From: an uncultured Methanomassiliicoccales archaeon
Lineage (GTDB): Archaea; Thermoplasmatota; Thermoplasmata; Methanomassiliicoccales; UBA472
Direction of reading: 5' to 3'
DNA: 64,000 nucleotides
NCBI GenBank assembly: GCA_963695345.1
Contig: OY968769.1
Location: 160,001 to 224,000 of the forward strand
The position numbers and the translations under genes are program-made. Within the stretch, counting starts at the first letter, position 1, and each line of letters begins with the position of its first letter. This document shows, piece by piece, positions 53,781 through 63,298 of this stretch. The notes beneath the pieces are model-generated. The model had not been told where the DNA came from. It saw only the letters and a list, made by a program, of their open reading frames with translations, and did not search any database.

Positions 53781-54554
53781 TTAATCTTTGCTTCCCCTTC
53801 TGGCACGAAGGCTGATCAGGGCGGCGGTGGCGCCGGCGGCGATCCCGTTGTCTATGTTCACCACGACCAGGCCGGGGGAGCAGGTCTGCAGCATCCCCAT
53901 CAGGGCCGCCTCGCCCTTGCCCCCGAAACCATATCCGACGGACGTGGGAACGCCAATGACCGGCACATCGGTGAGGCCGCAGATGACGGTCGGCAGCGCC
54001 CCTTCCATGCCGGCGCAAACGACCAGGACGTCCACGCCCTGCTCCAGCATGCGGGAGAGCGGGTCCAGCATCCGGTGCAGCGCGGCGACACCCACATCGT
54101 ATTCGGTGAAGACCTGGCAGCCCATGGCCTCGGCGACCGCCTTCGCCTCCTCGGCGACGGCTATGTCCGAGCTCCCGGCGGTAAGGATCCCCACCTTGCC
54201 CTTCATCACCGGGTCCTTCCGCTTGTCCACCACCACCATCCTGGAGGCTTGGATGTAACGCACCATGGATGGATCGACGACCCCACGGACAGCGTCGACG
54301 TGGGCCTGCGAGGCCCTGGAGACCAGAATCACGTCCCGGTCGGCCATGACCCTTTTCACGATGTCCGCCACCATGGCCGGCGTCTTCGTCTCACCAAAGA
54401 CTATCTCCGGAATGCCCCTGCGTGCTTCCCTGGCGTGATCGAAGCAGGTGTGTTCGCCGATGCGCTCAAGAAAATCGAGCTTGAGCAGCTGCTCTGCCCT
54501 TTCCTCGTCGATCTCCCCACGCCTCAGCTGTTCCAGGACATCGCGGATGCTCAT
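53781..54554 (-). CDS. larB: Nickel-pincer cofactor biosynthesis protein LarB
   Basis: REARRGIPEIVFGETKT, AGSSD..VAEEA, DVGVA, AGMEGALP, PTSVGYG and VVNIDNG motifs. Confidence 0.93.
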   Translation of the reverse strand: MSIRDVLEQLRRGEIDEERAEQLLKLDFLERIGEHTCFDHAREARRGIPEIVFGETKTPAMVADIVKRVMADRDVILVSRASQAHVDAVRGVVDPSMVRYIQASRMVVVDKRKDPVMKGKVGILTAGSSDIAVAEEAKAVAEAMGCQVFTEYDVGVAALHRMLDPLSRMLEQGVDVLVVCAGMEGALPTVICGLTDVPVIGVPTSVGYGFGGKGEAALMGMLQTCSPGLVVVNIDNGIAAGATAALISLRARRGSKD

Positions 54555-54635
54555 GTTTTTCCCGATGCGCTCCTTGCTTATATCCCCTTTTCCCCGGCGT
54601 TAGGTTTGAATACCAATTTCACCCCATCACTGCAC

Positions 54636-55448
54636 ATGACCCCGGAAGAGAAACTGTCAAGACTGCGCGATCAGCTAAGATCCTATGGGCCCTTGGCGGT
54701 GGCCTTTTCCGGCGGAGCTGACAGCACCCTTCTGCTAAAGGTGGCGCTGGATACCCTGGGCCAGGACAAGGTCGTCGCCTTGATCGGGGTCTCGGATACG
54801 TTCCCCAGGAGCGAACGGGAAAGGGCGGTCGAACTGGCGGAGCGTCTCGGTGCCAGGCACATCGAGGTCATGACCAAGGAGATCGACACCAGCGCTTTCG
54901 CGGAGAACACTGCGGAACGGTGCTACCACTGCAAGAAGGAGCTGCTCACGAAGTTCCTGTCGATCGCCAAGGAGGAGGGCTTCCTGGCGGTGGCCGACGG
55001 CAACAATGCGGACGACCTGAGAAGCTCGAGGGCCGGACTGCGCGCGGTCCGGGAGCTGGGAACGCACAGCCCCCTGGCCGATGTTGGGCTGACCAAGGAA
55101 GAGGTGCGCCACCTCTCGAAGGCGCTCGGACTGCCGACGGCCGTCAAACCGTCAAGCGCCTGCCTGGCCTCAAGGATCCCCTTCGGGACCAAGATCACCA
55201 GGGAAAAGCTGATCCAGATCGAGACGGCGGAGGAGTTCCTCCGCGGGTTGGGGATCGGCCAGCTTCGGGTACGCCATCACGGGGATGTCGCCCGGATCGA
55301 GGTGACCCCGCAGGAGTTCTATCTCGTTCTGAACAACCGGGATTGGATCGTCAAGGAGTTCAAGATGCTCGGGTTCGTCTACGTGACCCTGGACATCCAA
55401 GGGTTCCGCTCCGGAAGCATGGAAGAACCGCTCATCAGGAGTGAATGA
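54636..55448 (+). CDS. larE: ATP-dependent sulfur transferase LarE
   Basis: AFSGGADS, RCYHCK, CLASRIPFG, LRVRHHG and GFRSGSM motifs. Confidence 0.93.
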   Translation: MTPEEKLSRLRDQLRSYGPLAVAFSGGADSTLLLKVALDTLGQDKVVALIGVSDTFPRSERERAVELAERLGARHIEVMTKEIDTSAFAENTAERCYHCKKELLTKFLSIAKEEGFLAVADGNNADDLRSSRAGLRAVRELGTHSPLADVGLTKEEVRHLSKALGLPTAVKPSSACLASRIPFGTKITREKLIQIETAEEFLRGLGIGQLRVRHHGDVARIEVTPQEFYLVLNNRDWIVKEFKMLGFVYVTLDIQGFRSGSMEEPLIRSE

Positions 55449-56202
55449 CCTTCTTCACGGCGGTCAGCATCACGAACCAGTGGTTGATGTGGGCCTCGCC
55501 GGATGCCATCCGGTAGCCGAACTTGCTCTTCATAGCCTCGCTGAGCCCTTCCATCTGGCGCACAATCTCGCGGGCGTCCGCTTCCTCCGCCGTTCCGGTC
55601 AGCCGGTTCAACGGCAGGCTGCGCATGTAGGTCCTCAGCTCCCTCAGTTCCAAACCGGAATCGGAAAGCATTACCTTCCATTCGCTGGGACGATACTCCC
55701 TCACATGGGAACGGTCATGCAGCACATCCAGCCTGTTCATGATGTGATCGACCTCGTCATCCTCGGGCACGCTCCGGTCATCAATGGCCATGATCCCTCC
55801 CGGCCTAAGTACCCGGGACATTTCGGACAAGGCACCTCGGATGTCTCGGAAATGATGCGGTGCCCTTCTGCTCAGGACCAGATCGAACGTGTCATCCGGG
55901 AAGGGAATGGCCATGACATCGGCCTGGCACAGGTCCAGGTTGGGCGCGCCGTTCCGACGGGACAGGTCGTCCGCCTCCGCCAGCATCTCCGACGTGATAT
56001 CTATCCCGACCACCCTCCGGACGAACGGGGAGAACGCCATAGCCGCATTGCCCGTCCCGGTGGCCACGTCCAACACCAGTGTGTCCGGGTTCGGGTTGGC
56101 CATGCAGACCATTCCAGAAAGGACCTGCTGGTCGGCGTGCTCTGGACTGTTCCGATACCATTTTGCGTTCCTTCCGAAGATCTTTCTCGCGTCCTCGACC
56201 AT
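55435..56202 (-). CDS. Class I SAM-dependent methyltransferase
   Basis: VLDVATGTG, PFPDDTFDLV..R.APHHF and RVLRPGG motifs. Confidence 0.9.
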   Translation of the reverse strand: MVEDARKIFGRNAKWYRNSPEHADQQVLSGMVCMANPNPDTLVLDVATGTGNAAMAFSPFVRRVVGIDITSEMLAEADDLSRRNGAPNLDLCQADVMAIPFPDDTFDLVLSRRAPHHFRDIRGALSEMSRVLRPGGIMAIDDRSVPEDDEVDHIMNRLDVLHDRSHVREYRPSEWKVMLSDSGLELRELRTYMRSLPLNRLTGTAEEADAREIVRQMEGLSEAMKSKFGYRMASGEAHINHWFVMLTAVKKVIHS

Positions 56203-56526
56203 GGCTTCCCAGCATACCTAGCACGCTCCCTTGATTAGTATAGTTCGCTCATTCTTTCAAGAAACTGAGAATGGAAAGTTGCTCAGGAAGTCCGATCGTG
56301 TGGCTGAAATTGAGTTCCTCCTGGAGATGGTTTACATCCCTGCTCAATAAGAAGTTGTGTCGTCCCTCCCTCGTTTATTGAGCGTTTCCTCGACCCGGCT
56401 CCCTTCTGGATATGCAACCCTTTTTTGGCCAGGCGGGGAACGAAATACCATCTGGACAGTTTCTTGCTGTCAACAATTGACATTTGGATAAAATAGTGTA
56501 TAAATTGACACGTACTCATCAATTTC

Positions 56527-56814
56527 ATGGCATCTGCGAGCTACGATTCCGCTATCCGCTCACTATCGGTAGAAATCAATCAGAGTGTCGTCTTCAAGAC
56601 CCTGTTCAGCGCCGGGCTTTCACCCCAAGAGGCCGAGGTCTGGATCGGACGAGAGCTCATCGGTGCCACCAGCAATCAATTGTCAAGCAGGCTCCAGATC
56701 AGCGAAGCGGTCACGAACCAGGCATACAGGCGGGCAAGGACCAAGGCCATATATCTCGGGATCACGAAGGAATCGATGCTGGCGCTTTCGGAAGGATTCC
56801 GCATAATGATCTGA
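56527..56814 (+). CDS. LuxR/sigma-70 region 4-like helix-turn-helix protein
   Basis: GLSPQEAEVW...G.T..QL...LQISE..T.QAYRRARTK. Confidence 0.6.
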   Translation: MASASYDSAIRSLSVEINQSVVFKTLFSAGLSPQEAEVWIGRELIGATSNQLSSRLQISEAVTNQAYRRARTKAIYLGITKESMLALSEGFRIMI

Positions 56815-57015
56815 ACACAAAGACATGATGCCATGCCGCCTCCGTTCAGGTAAATGGACCGCGGCTTCGAACCTCTTAGCGGGATCTGTGCGGTCCCATC
56901 GTTCTCCCGGTCACTTTGGATCGACCATATGCTCGTTTGTCAGCCATTGTGGCAAGGTTATTGGCGGCGAGCCCCAAGGAAACCGTTGAATATCCGGCGA
57001 ATCGTATTCATCACC

Positions 57016-57585
57016 ATGAAGGTCTCGATCACTCTGCTTTCCTACGACCACGGCATTCTGCGTCAGGTACTGGATGTCTACAAGGACATCGTAGAGAAAG
57101 GATCGGTCGGGTTGCACAGGCAGATCGCCACCGAGGGGGCGGAGTTCCTGCTCATGTTCATGGACCACTTCCACCATGGCAAGGAGGAACGGTTCCTGTT
57201 CCCCGCCGCCATGTGCGCCGATCCAGAGCATACGAAGGACCTGCAGCAGCTTTTCGAGGACCACCGGACGGCGAGGATCTACGTCGAACGGATGTTGGAA
57301 TCGTTGCGGCCTGGAGGAGACGACCCGACGTTTTACGAATATGCCGGCAAACTGGTCGAGCACATGACCGCCCATATCCAGAAAGAAGAGGATACCGTCT
57401 TCCCAGGCATCGAGTCCACGATGGGCAACGAGGAGGACATGCGCGTCTACAAGTATTTTGAGGATTTCATAATGACCAACTTCAAGGAGGACCTCTATCC
57501 CTCATCGGAAGCGTTCGCGGCCAGGTTCCAGGATGAGGTGCTGGGGAAGAGTTTCTTTGAGTCCGGGAAGGTATCGGTCACATGA
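57016..57585 (+). CDS. Hemerythrin/HHE domain protein
   Basis: DH, HHGKEE..LFP, EDH and HIQKEE..VFP motifs. Confidence 0.9.
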   Translation: MKVSITLLSYDHGILRQVLDVYKDIVEKGSVGLHRQIATEGAEFLLMFMDHFHHGKEERFLFPAAMCADPEHTKDLQQLFEDHRTARIYVERMLESLRPGGDDPTFYEYAGKLVEHMTAHIQKEEDTVFPGIESTMGNEEDMRVYKYFEDFIMTNFKEDLYPSSEAFAARFQDEVLGKSFFESGKVSVT

Positions 57586-57586
57586 T

Positions 57587-58012
57587 TCAGGTCTTTGCCT
57601 TTTTGTATACGAATGCAAAGGCCAGGCATAAGCAGGCCAAGAGCAGATACAACATCTTTGGCCAATAGTCATCGGAGTCGATATGTAATCTCACCGGCGG
57701 CGAGAACACCCCCAATAGGATGAGCAGACCCGCCACCAGAAGGAAACCGATCGCTTTATAGTCCCTGGTCAGTGGGACATCGGATGTCTCGAGCCTTTCT
57801 GGCTCGGATTCTTCTTCGCCATCCTCTTCGAGTTCGATTCCTTCTTCGCCATCGACAAGGGAGTCCAGCGTTTGCGGAGATGGGGATTCGGGCTCGCTCT
57901 CATCACTGACCTTGGTTCCGCAAATATCGCAGAATAGAGACCTTTTCTTCAGGCCGTTCCCACAGTGATGGCAGGATTTGTGCATCATTCCCCCGGGGCT
58001 CATGGAAATCAC
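57587..58012 (-). CDS. Zinc-ribbon two-TM protein
   Basis: CHHCG...FCDICG, an acidic linker and two TMs. Confidence 0.7.
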   Translation of the reverse strand: MISMSPGGMMHKSCHHCGNGLKKRSLFCDICGTKVSDESEPESPSPQTLDSLVDGEEGIELEEDGEEESEPERLETSDVPLTRDYKAIGFLLVAGLLILLGVFSPPVRLHIDSDDYWPKMLYLLLACLCLAFAFVYKKAKT

Positions 58013-58244
58013 ACGCTTTAGTATTTCCTAGTCAAGTATCACGCTCAGCAGGAAGCTGAACATCGTTATTTCAGGATCCGTGCTCTGGTTGAAATTAATC
58101 GCAATGACAGTTGCCTTCCTATACCCGATCTGATCTGGGTCGGTTTTTCATTATCGAGCAGAGGAGGAAGGCAACACGAAGATTCGTGGCAAGTTGTCGG
58201 GAACAATCGAGATCTCGACGTGATCGAAGATGCTGTTGAAGAAA

Positions 58245-58356
58245 TGGCGCCGAGGAGGAGATTTGAACTCCCGAGGTGAAACACCAGTAGCTCTCTCGCG
58301 AACGCCGTTTGTCGGCGATTCGAGGCTACCGCCTTACCGGACTGGGCTACCTCGGC
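58245..58356 (-). tRNA. tRNA-Ser(CGA) with a 26-nt canonical intron (58293-58318) and encoded CCA
   Basis: Acceptor stem GCCGAGG/CCTCGGC plus GCCA, anticodon stem GTAGC/GCTAC, long variable arm, TTCAAAT T-loop, and a bulge-helix-bulge (CTCG/CGAG) at position 37/38. Confidence 0.95.
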
Positions 58357-58447
58357 CTAATTATGCTGATGGCTTTCCTCTATTTTAGTTTTGGTGAGAC
58401 GGAAACGACCGCCAAACTGATTAGAGGGCATTGCATACCTCGATGCG

Positions 58448-58657
58448 ATGCCTGATATCTCTGTGACCGTGGAACACCGGGGAAGCGCCACCATCGTAGA
58501 ATTACCCGAGGGCTCGAAGGTATCGGACGTCCTGGAGAAGATGAAGCTGTTCGCCGACGCCCACATCGTCATCAGGGGCAAAACGCCGGTGCCTCTCAAT
58601 GCCGAGGTCCTCGATGGGGAGACGCTCAAGGTCCTGCGGGTGGCCTCAGGCGGTTAG
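58448..58657 (+). CDS. MoaD/ThiS/SAMP ubiquitin-like sulfur carrier
   Basis: 69-aa beta-grasp pattern ending VASGG. Confidence 0.9.
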   Translation: MPDISVTVEHRGSATIVELPEGSKVSDVLEKMKLFADAHIVIRGKTPVPLNAEVLDGETLKVLRVASGG

Positions 58658-58663
58658 TCCCTC

Positions 58664-59509
58664 TCAGACGCCTTCATCCATTATCTTGCCAAGCAATGCC
58701 ATGTCCATTTGGGACAGCGCCTCGTCCACGAACCGGTCGAGGTTCGACATCCATACCTTCCTGATGTCATCCCCGGAACCGGAACATCCGGTGGACATCG
58801 ATAGACTGTCCTCCTCGGGGAACCGCATCCTCAGATACGGGAGGACGCCAAGGCAGGGGACCCCCATCTCCTTCTCCAACCGGTCGATGCCCTTGCCCAG
58901 GATCGAACCGTCACCCCGGAACCGGTTTATCACGAACCCTTTGACCAACCGTTTGTGCTCTTCCTGCAGTAGATGGTATGTTCCATATAACGCCGCGAAC
59001 ACCCCGCCCTTCTCGATGTCCCCGATGAGGATGACCGGGCTTCCAGTGATGCTGGCGGTGGTCATGTTGGCCACCTCATGCTTTCTCAGGTTGATCTCGG
59101 CGGGGGACCCGGAACCTTCCAGGATGATGTCGTCATGCGCTGCCGCAAGCCTGCCGAAACAATCATCGATCGCCTGAAGGAAAATCTCCCGGCCGACCCC
59201 CCTTTCCCGGTTCACGTCGACATACGGCCTTCCTTTGAGTATGACCTGAAGACCTCCCTCTCCCTTCGGTTTGAGCAGCACCGGGTTCATGTCCACGGAC
59301 GGCTCAATACCGCAGGCCCAGGCCTGGAACGCCTGGGAAATGCCGATCTCGCCGCCGTTGCCGGTGACGAACGAGTTCAGCGAGAGGTTGAGCGTCTTGT
59401 ATGGGGCGACATTGCGTCCCTGACGACGCAGGTAACGGCAGACCCCCGCGGTCAACAGGGTCTTTCCGACGCCGGAAGAGGTGCCCTGGAACATCACCTT
59501 GCGGGTCAT
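58664..59509 (-). CDS. CobQ-like synthetase domain only (no glutaminase domain)
   Basis: QGTSSGVGKT, MNPVLLKP, EGSGSPAEINL, DIEKGGVFA, INRFRGD and EEDS, then a direct jump to the terminal helix. Confidence 0.85.
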   Translation of the reverse strand: MTRKVMFQGTSSGVGKTLLTAGVCRYLRRQGRNVAPYKTLNLSLNSFVTGNGGEIGISQAFQAWACGIEPSVDMNPVLLKPKGEGGLQVILKGRPYVDVNRERGVGREIFLQAIDDCFGRLAAAHDDIILEGSGSPAEINLRKHEVANMTTASITGSPVILIGDIEKGGVFAALYGTYHLLQEEHKRLVKGFVINRFRGDGSILGKGIDRLEKEMGVPCLGVLPYLRMRFPEEDSLSMSTGCSGSGDDIRKVWMSNLDRFVDEALSQMDMALLGKIMDEGV

Positions 59510-61333
59510 TTCCTGACCTCCAGGCCGAGCATATTGAACACTTTGTCCATGTCCAAGGAATCCTGCAAGGCCGAAGCAATCCGCTCGATGCTTTCTTCGA
59601 CGGACGCGTCATACTCCTTGACGGCCGGCATGCCGTTCATCCCTGACCGGTCGTGACATGCCTTTGACAGAAAGAACCTGCGGAATGCCGGCAGGTCGAA
59701 CGATCCGTGAAGGTATGAACCCATGACCATGCCGTCGACCGACACCGCCCCGTCCGTGTGCTTGCCGGCGAGGTCCTCGATGTCGAACAGAGGCAACGAA
59801 CCGACCCGCTCGGTCATCCCCATATGGATCTCATAGCCGCGCACCGGACCGAGGGCCTCCTGCCCGATGATCTGTCCGGTCACCTGGACGGTCCTCTTGT
59901 CATAGGAGTCGAAATTGGTCACCACGTCAAGCAGGCCCAGTCCTTCGGTCGTCCCGGCCATCTTGCCCTCCAGACCCTGCTCGTCCCTGAGCTCGGCCCC
60001 CAGCATCTGGTAGCCGCCGCACACCCCGAGGATGGGGACCTTGCCCCGCACGGAACGGATCGCCTCATCGAAACCCTTCTCCCTCAGCCAGGCAAGGTCG
60101 TCGATGGTGTTCTTGGTCCCTGGGATGATAAGCGCCCCGCATTCATGGACCTCTGAAGCGTTCGTCGAGGAAACGCACTGAGACCCCGGTCTCCAGCGAC
60201 AGTGCATCGAAATCGGTGAAATTTGAGATTCGTGGCAGACGTACCACCCCGACGATGAGGGTTCCATCCTTTCTCCGTTCTCCCAGGAACATCGAGTCCT
60301 CGTCGGGAAGGTCCAGATCGATATGCGGTACGACCCCGAGGACCGGCACCCCGGTCAGCCTTTCGATCTCCTCGAATCCCTCCTGGAGCGATTCCGCCGA
60401 ACCGTGCATGTTGGTCACGATTATTCCGCCGAACATCTTCCGGTGCGCCTCGGGCAGCAGCATCAGTGTCCCGTACATGTAGGCGAACGCCCCACCCCAT
60501 TCGATGTTGACGACAAGGATGCAGCTGGCATCGGCTATCTCCGCCGTGCGCATGTTGACGATGTCGTGCTCGGACATGTTGATCTCGGCCGGGCTGCCCG
60601 CCCCCTCGATCACGATGAAGTCGGATATCCTCGATAGGAGCTCGATATTGCGGCGGACGATCTCCACACCCTCGGTGTCGGTGAACTCCCCGTAGTACTG
60701 CTTCACGTCCATGTCCCGGTAGGGGCGGCCTTCGACGATTACTTGGGATATCGCGTCTCCCTTGGGCTTCAGCAGGATCGGGTTCATGTGGCAGTTGGGC
60801 CGGACCCGGGCGCCCCGGGCCTGTAGCTCCTGGGCCCTGGCGATCTCCTCGCCGTCGTCGGTGACCACGGAATTGAGGGACATGTTCTGGGCCTTGAACG
60901 GGACCACCGAATAGCCCATGTTGGAGAAGATGCGGCAGAACGCGGTGCACATGAGCGATTTGCCGGCGCCGGACGTTGCACCCATGACCATGAGGCGTTT
61001 CGCCTTCTTGAAATGGCGACCCTCTAACTTTGTCTTGATCTCCTTGAGGTCCTGCTGCGATACTTCCTCGAATTTCCTTCCACCCATCTCTCGCAAGAAA
61101 TCGACAACGACCTCGTGACGGTGCATCCAATAGCATTCCTGACAGCTCCAGACCGGACCCTTCTTGCCTTCGACCATTTCTCCCAGGTCGGGGTCCATGC
61201 AAGGATAGAAAGGACAGAAGCAGAAGGAGCAGTTCTGCCCTTTGAAATGGCAGTGATACCATTCGCATGAGAGGTTGGTGCCGATGTCGCCGGCGGCAAG
61301 TTCCTCCGCGATCTTTTCCACGAAGTTTCTCAT
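59506..61333 (-). CDS. cobQ: Cobyric acid synthase CobQ with a fused N-terminal Cys-rich small domain (frameshift near 60195)
   Basis: CEWYHCH...CSFCFCPFYPC...WSCQEC..H; GATSGAGKS, PFKAQNMSLNS, ISNFTDFD, PGTKNT, GVCGGYQMLG, GYEIHMG and SYLHG motifs. Confidence 0.92.
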
Positions 61334-61532
61334 TTCAGACCTCCGATCCCCTTCGTCCCTATAAGTTGGATGAACCATCCAACATAATGGCGAATTCAGT
61401 ATGCGTTGACCATTATTAAAGTATCTCTGGAATCCGGGGAACGATGAATGTCGAGAATGCTGGAACATGAGTATTTACGAATGTTCGTTGATTTGTCCGA
61501 GTCCGCGTAAACGGTGTTTCAACGGGCGAAAC

Positions 61533-61540
61533 TTATATAA
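61533..61540 (+). promoter_or_regulatory. BRE/TATA box of dnaG
   Basis: CGAAAC-TTATATAA, about 25 bp before the start of the folded leader. Confidence 0.6.
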
Positions 61541-61561
61541 GTGCCGTTGCATACTTCAGGG

Positions 61562-61729
61562 TCCGGAAAAGCACTACGCTTTCCGATATCACATCTTCAC
61601 TATCATAACCCATTCACCCCCGTCTAAGCGGGACTCCCCAAAGAATGGCATGCCTGCGGGAGCGCTAAAGCAAGGCTTCCGTGGAGGATATTGCGGCTGG
61701 TATTAGAGAGTGTAGCGGATTTTCCAGGA
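61562..61729 (+). ncRNA. Putative structured 5' leader RNA of dnaG
   Basis: Long-range helix GGAAAA/TTTTCC, CTACGCTTTC/GAGAGTGTAG, GATATC/GGTATT, ATCTTCAC/GTGGAGGAT enclosing small hairpins. Confidence 0.55.
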
Positions 61730-61746
61730 AAAGAGGTGAATTAATC

Positions 61747-63296
61747 ATGAACATTGATCCCAGCACCACCAAGTACCTGGTCAGGGCGAGGCTCAACGCT
61801 GATGGCATCGTCGAGAAGCCAGACGTCGTGGGTGCAATTTTCGGACAGACCGAAGGTCTGCTCGGTGACGAACTTGATCTCAGAGACCTGCAGAAGAGCG
61901 GCCGGATCGGGAGGATCGAGGTCGACGTGCACTCGAAGCAGGGCAAGTCCGAGGGCGAGATCCTTATCCCGTCAAGCTTGGACCAGGTCGAGACCGTCAT
62001 CCTGGCCTCGGCACTGGAGACCATCGACCGGGTCGGACCGTGCAAGGCCAAGATCACCGTCGAGTCCATCGAGGATGTCCGCGTCGTCAAGCGCGCCAAG
62101 ATCATCGAGCGTGCCCGCGAACTGCTCACCGAGCTCATCAAGCAGTCCAAGACCAGCGGCATCGACCTGACCGAGAGCGTCAGGCAGTCGGTGCAGGTCG
62201 AGGAGATCATCTACTACGGCAAGGAACGCCTGCCCGCCGGACCGAACGTCCCGGACTCCGACGCCATCATCGTGGTGGAAGGGCGCTCGGACGTGCTCAA
62301 CCTGCTGAAGTCCGGCATCAAGAACGCCATCGCGGTCGAGGGCACCAACATCCCCAAGACCATCATGGACCTGTCCAAGGAGCGGGTCATCACCGCCTTC
62401 GTGGACGGGGACCGGGGCGGAGAGCTCATCCTGCAGAGAGCTGTTCCAGGTGGCCGAGGTCGACTTCGTCGCCCGTGCGCCGCGTGCCCACGAGGTCGAG
62501 GAGCTGACCCAGAAGCAGATCATGAAGTGCCTGCGGAACAAGATCCCCGGCGAGCAGTTCATGGAGATGTTCGGCCTGGAGGCGGACGGCACCGAGAAGA
62601 AGAACGGCCGGTCCGACAAGGCGGAGAAGCTGGAACGCTTCCAGAAGGAGGACAAGGCGGAGCGCGCCGCCGAGGATAAGCGGACGCCGAGGAGAAGCCC
62701 GCCGAGAAGCGCAGAGGCGCCGGCACCGAGGCAGGAGCGCGAGGAACGCCGCGAGGAGAGGCCCCGGCAGGACGCCAGGAGAGCCGCGAGGAGAGGCCCA
62801 GGCAGGAACGCCAGGAACAGCGCCGCGAGGCGCCGAGCACCGAGGCAGGAGCGCGAGGAACGCCGCGCCGAGAGGCGCGAGGAGCAGCGCGGCCGTGGCG
62901 GAGACCGCTACGAGAGGCGCGAGGAGAGAGCCCCGCCGATGCCGGTGGAAGCAGCACCTGAGATGGCCGCAGAGAGCTCGGACAAGGCCAAGAAGCTGTC
63001 CGCAGCCCAGGAGAAGTACCGGGCATGATCAACGAGCTGTCGTCCACCTCCAAGGCCAGGATCATGGACGCCCACGGGCGGCGATCCGCAAGGAAGTACC
63101 GGTGAAGGAGCTGGTCAACACCCTGAAGGGAGAGACCGAGCCCATCTCCGCCGTCGTCTTCGACGGCATCATCACCCAGAGGATACTGGACATCGCCGCG
63201 GAACAGAAGATCGGGACCATCGTCGGCACCAAGATGGGCAACATCACCAAGCAGCCCAGCAGCGTCGACGTCTGGACCAAGGACGATCTGAACTGA
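61747..63296 (+). CDS. dnaG: Archaeal DnaG (TOPRIM, exosome-associated), several frameshifts
   Basis: [42 protein letters not shown] and [10 protein letters not shown] motifs. Confidence 0.95.
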
Positions 63297-63298
63297 AC

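Noticed and set aside
56850-56900. TTCGAACC-containing hairpin as a tRNA (e.g. tRNA-Pyl) or att remnant
   Set aside because: No cloverleaf could be built, there is no CUA anticodon arm, and it does not match the tRNA-Ser 3' end.
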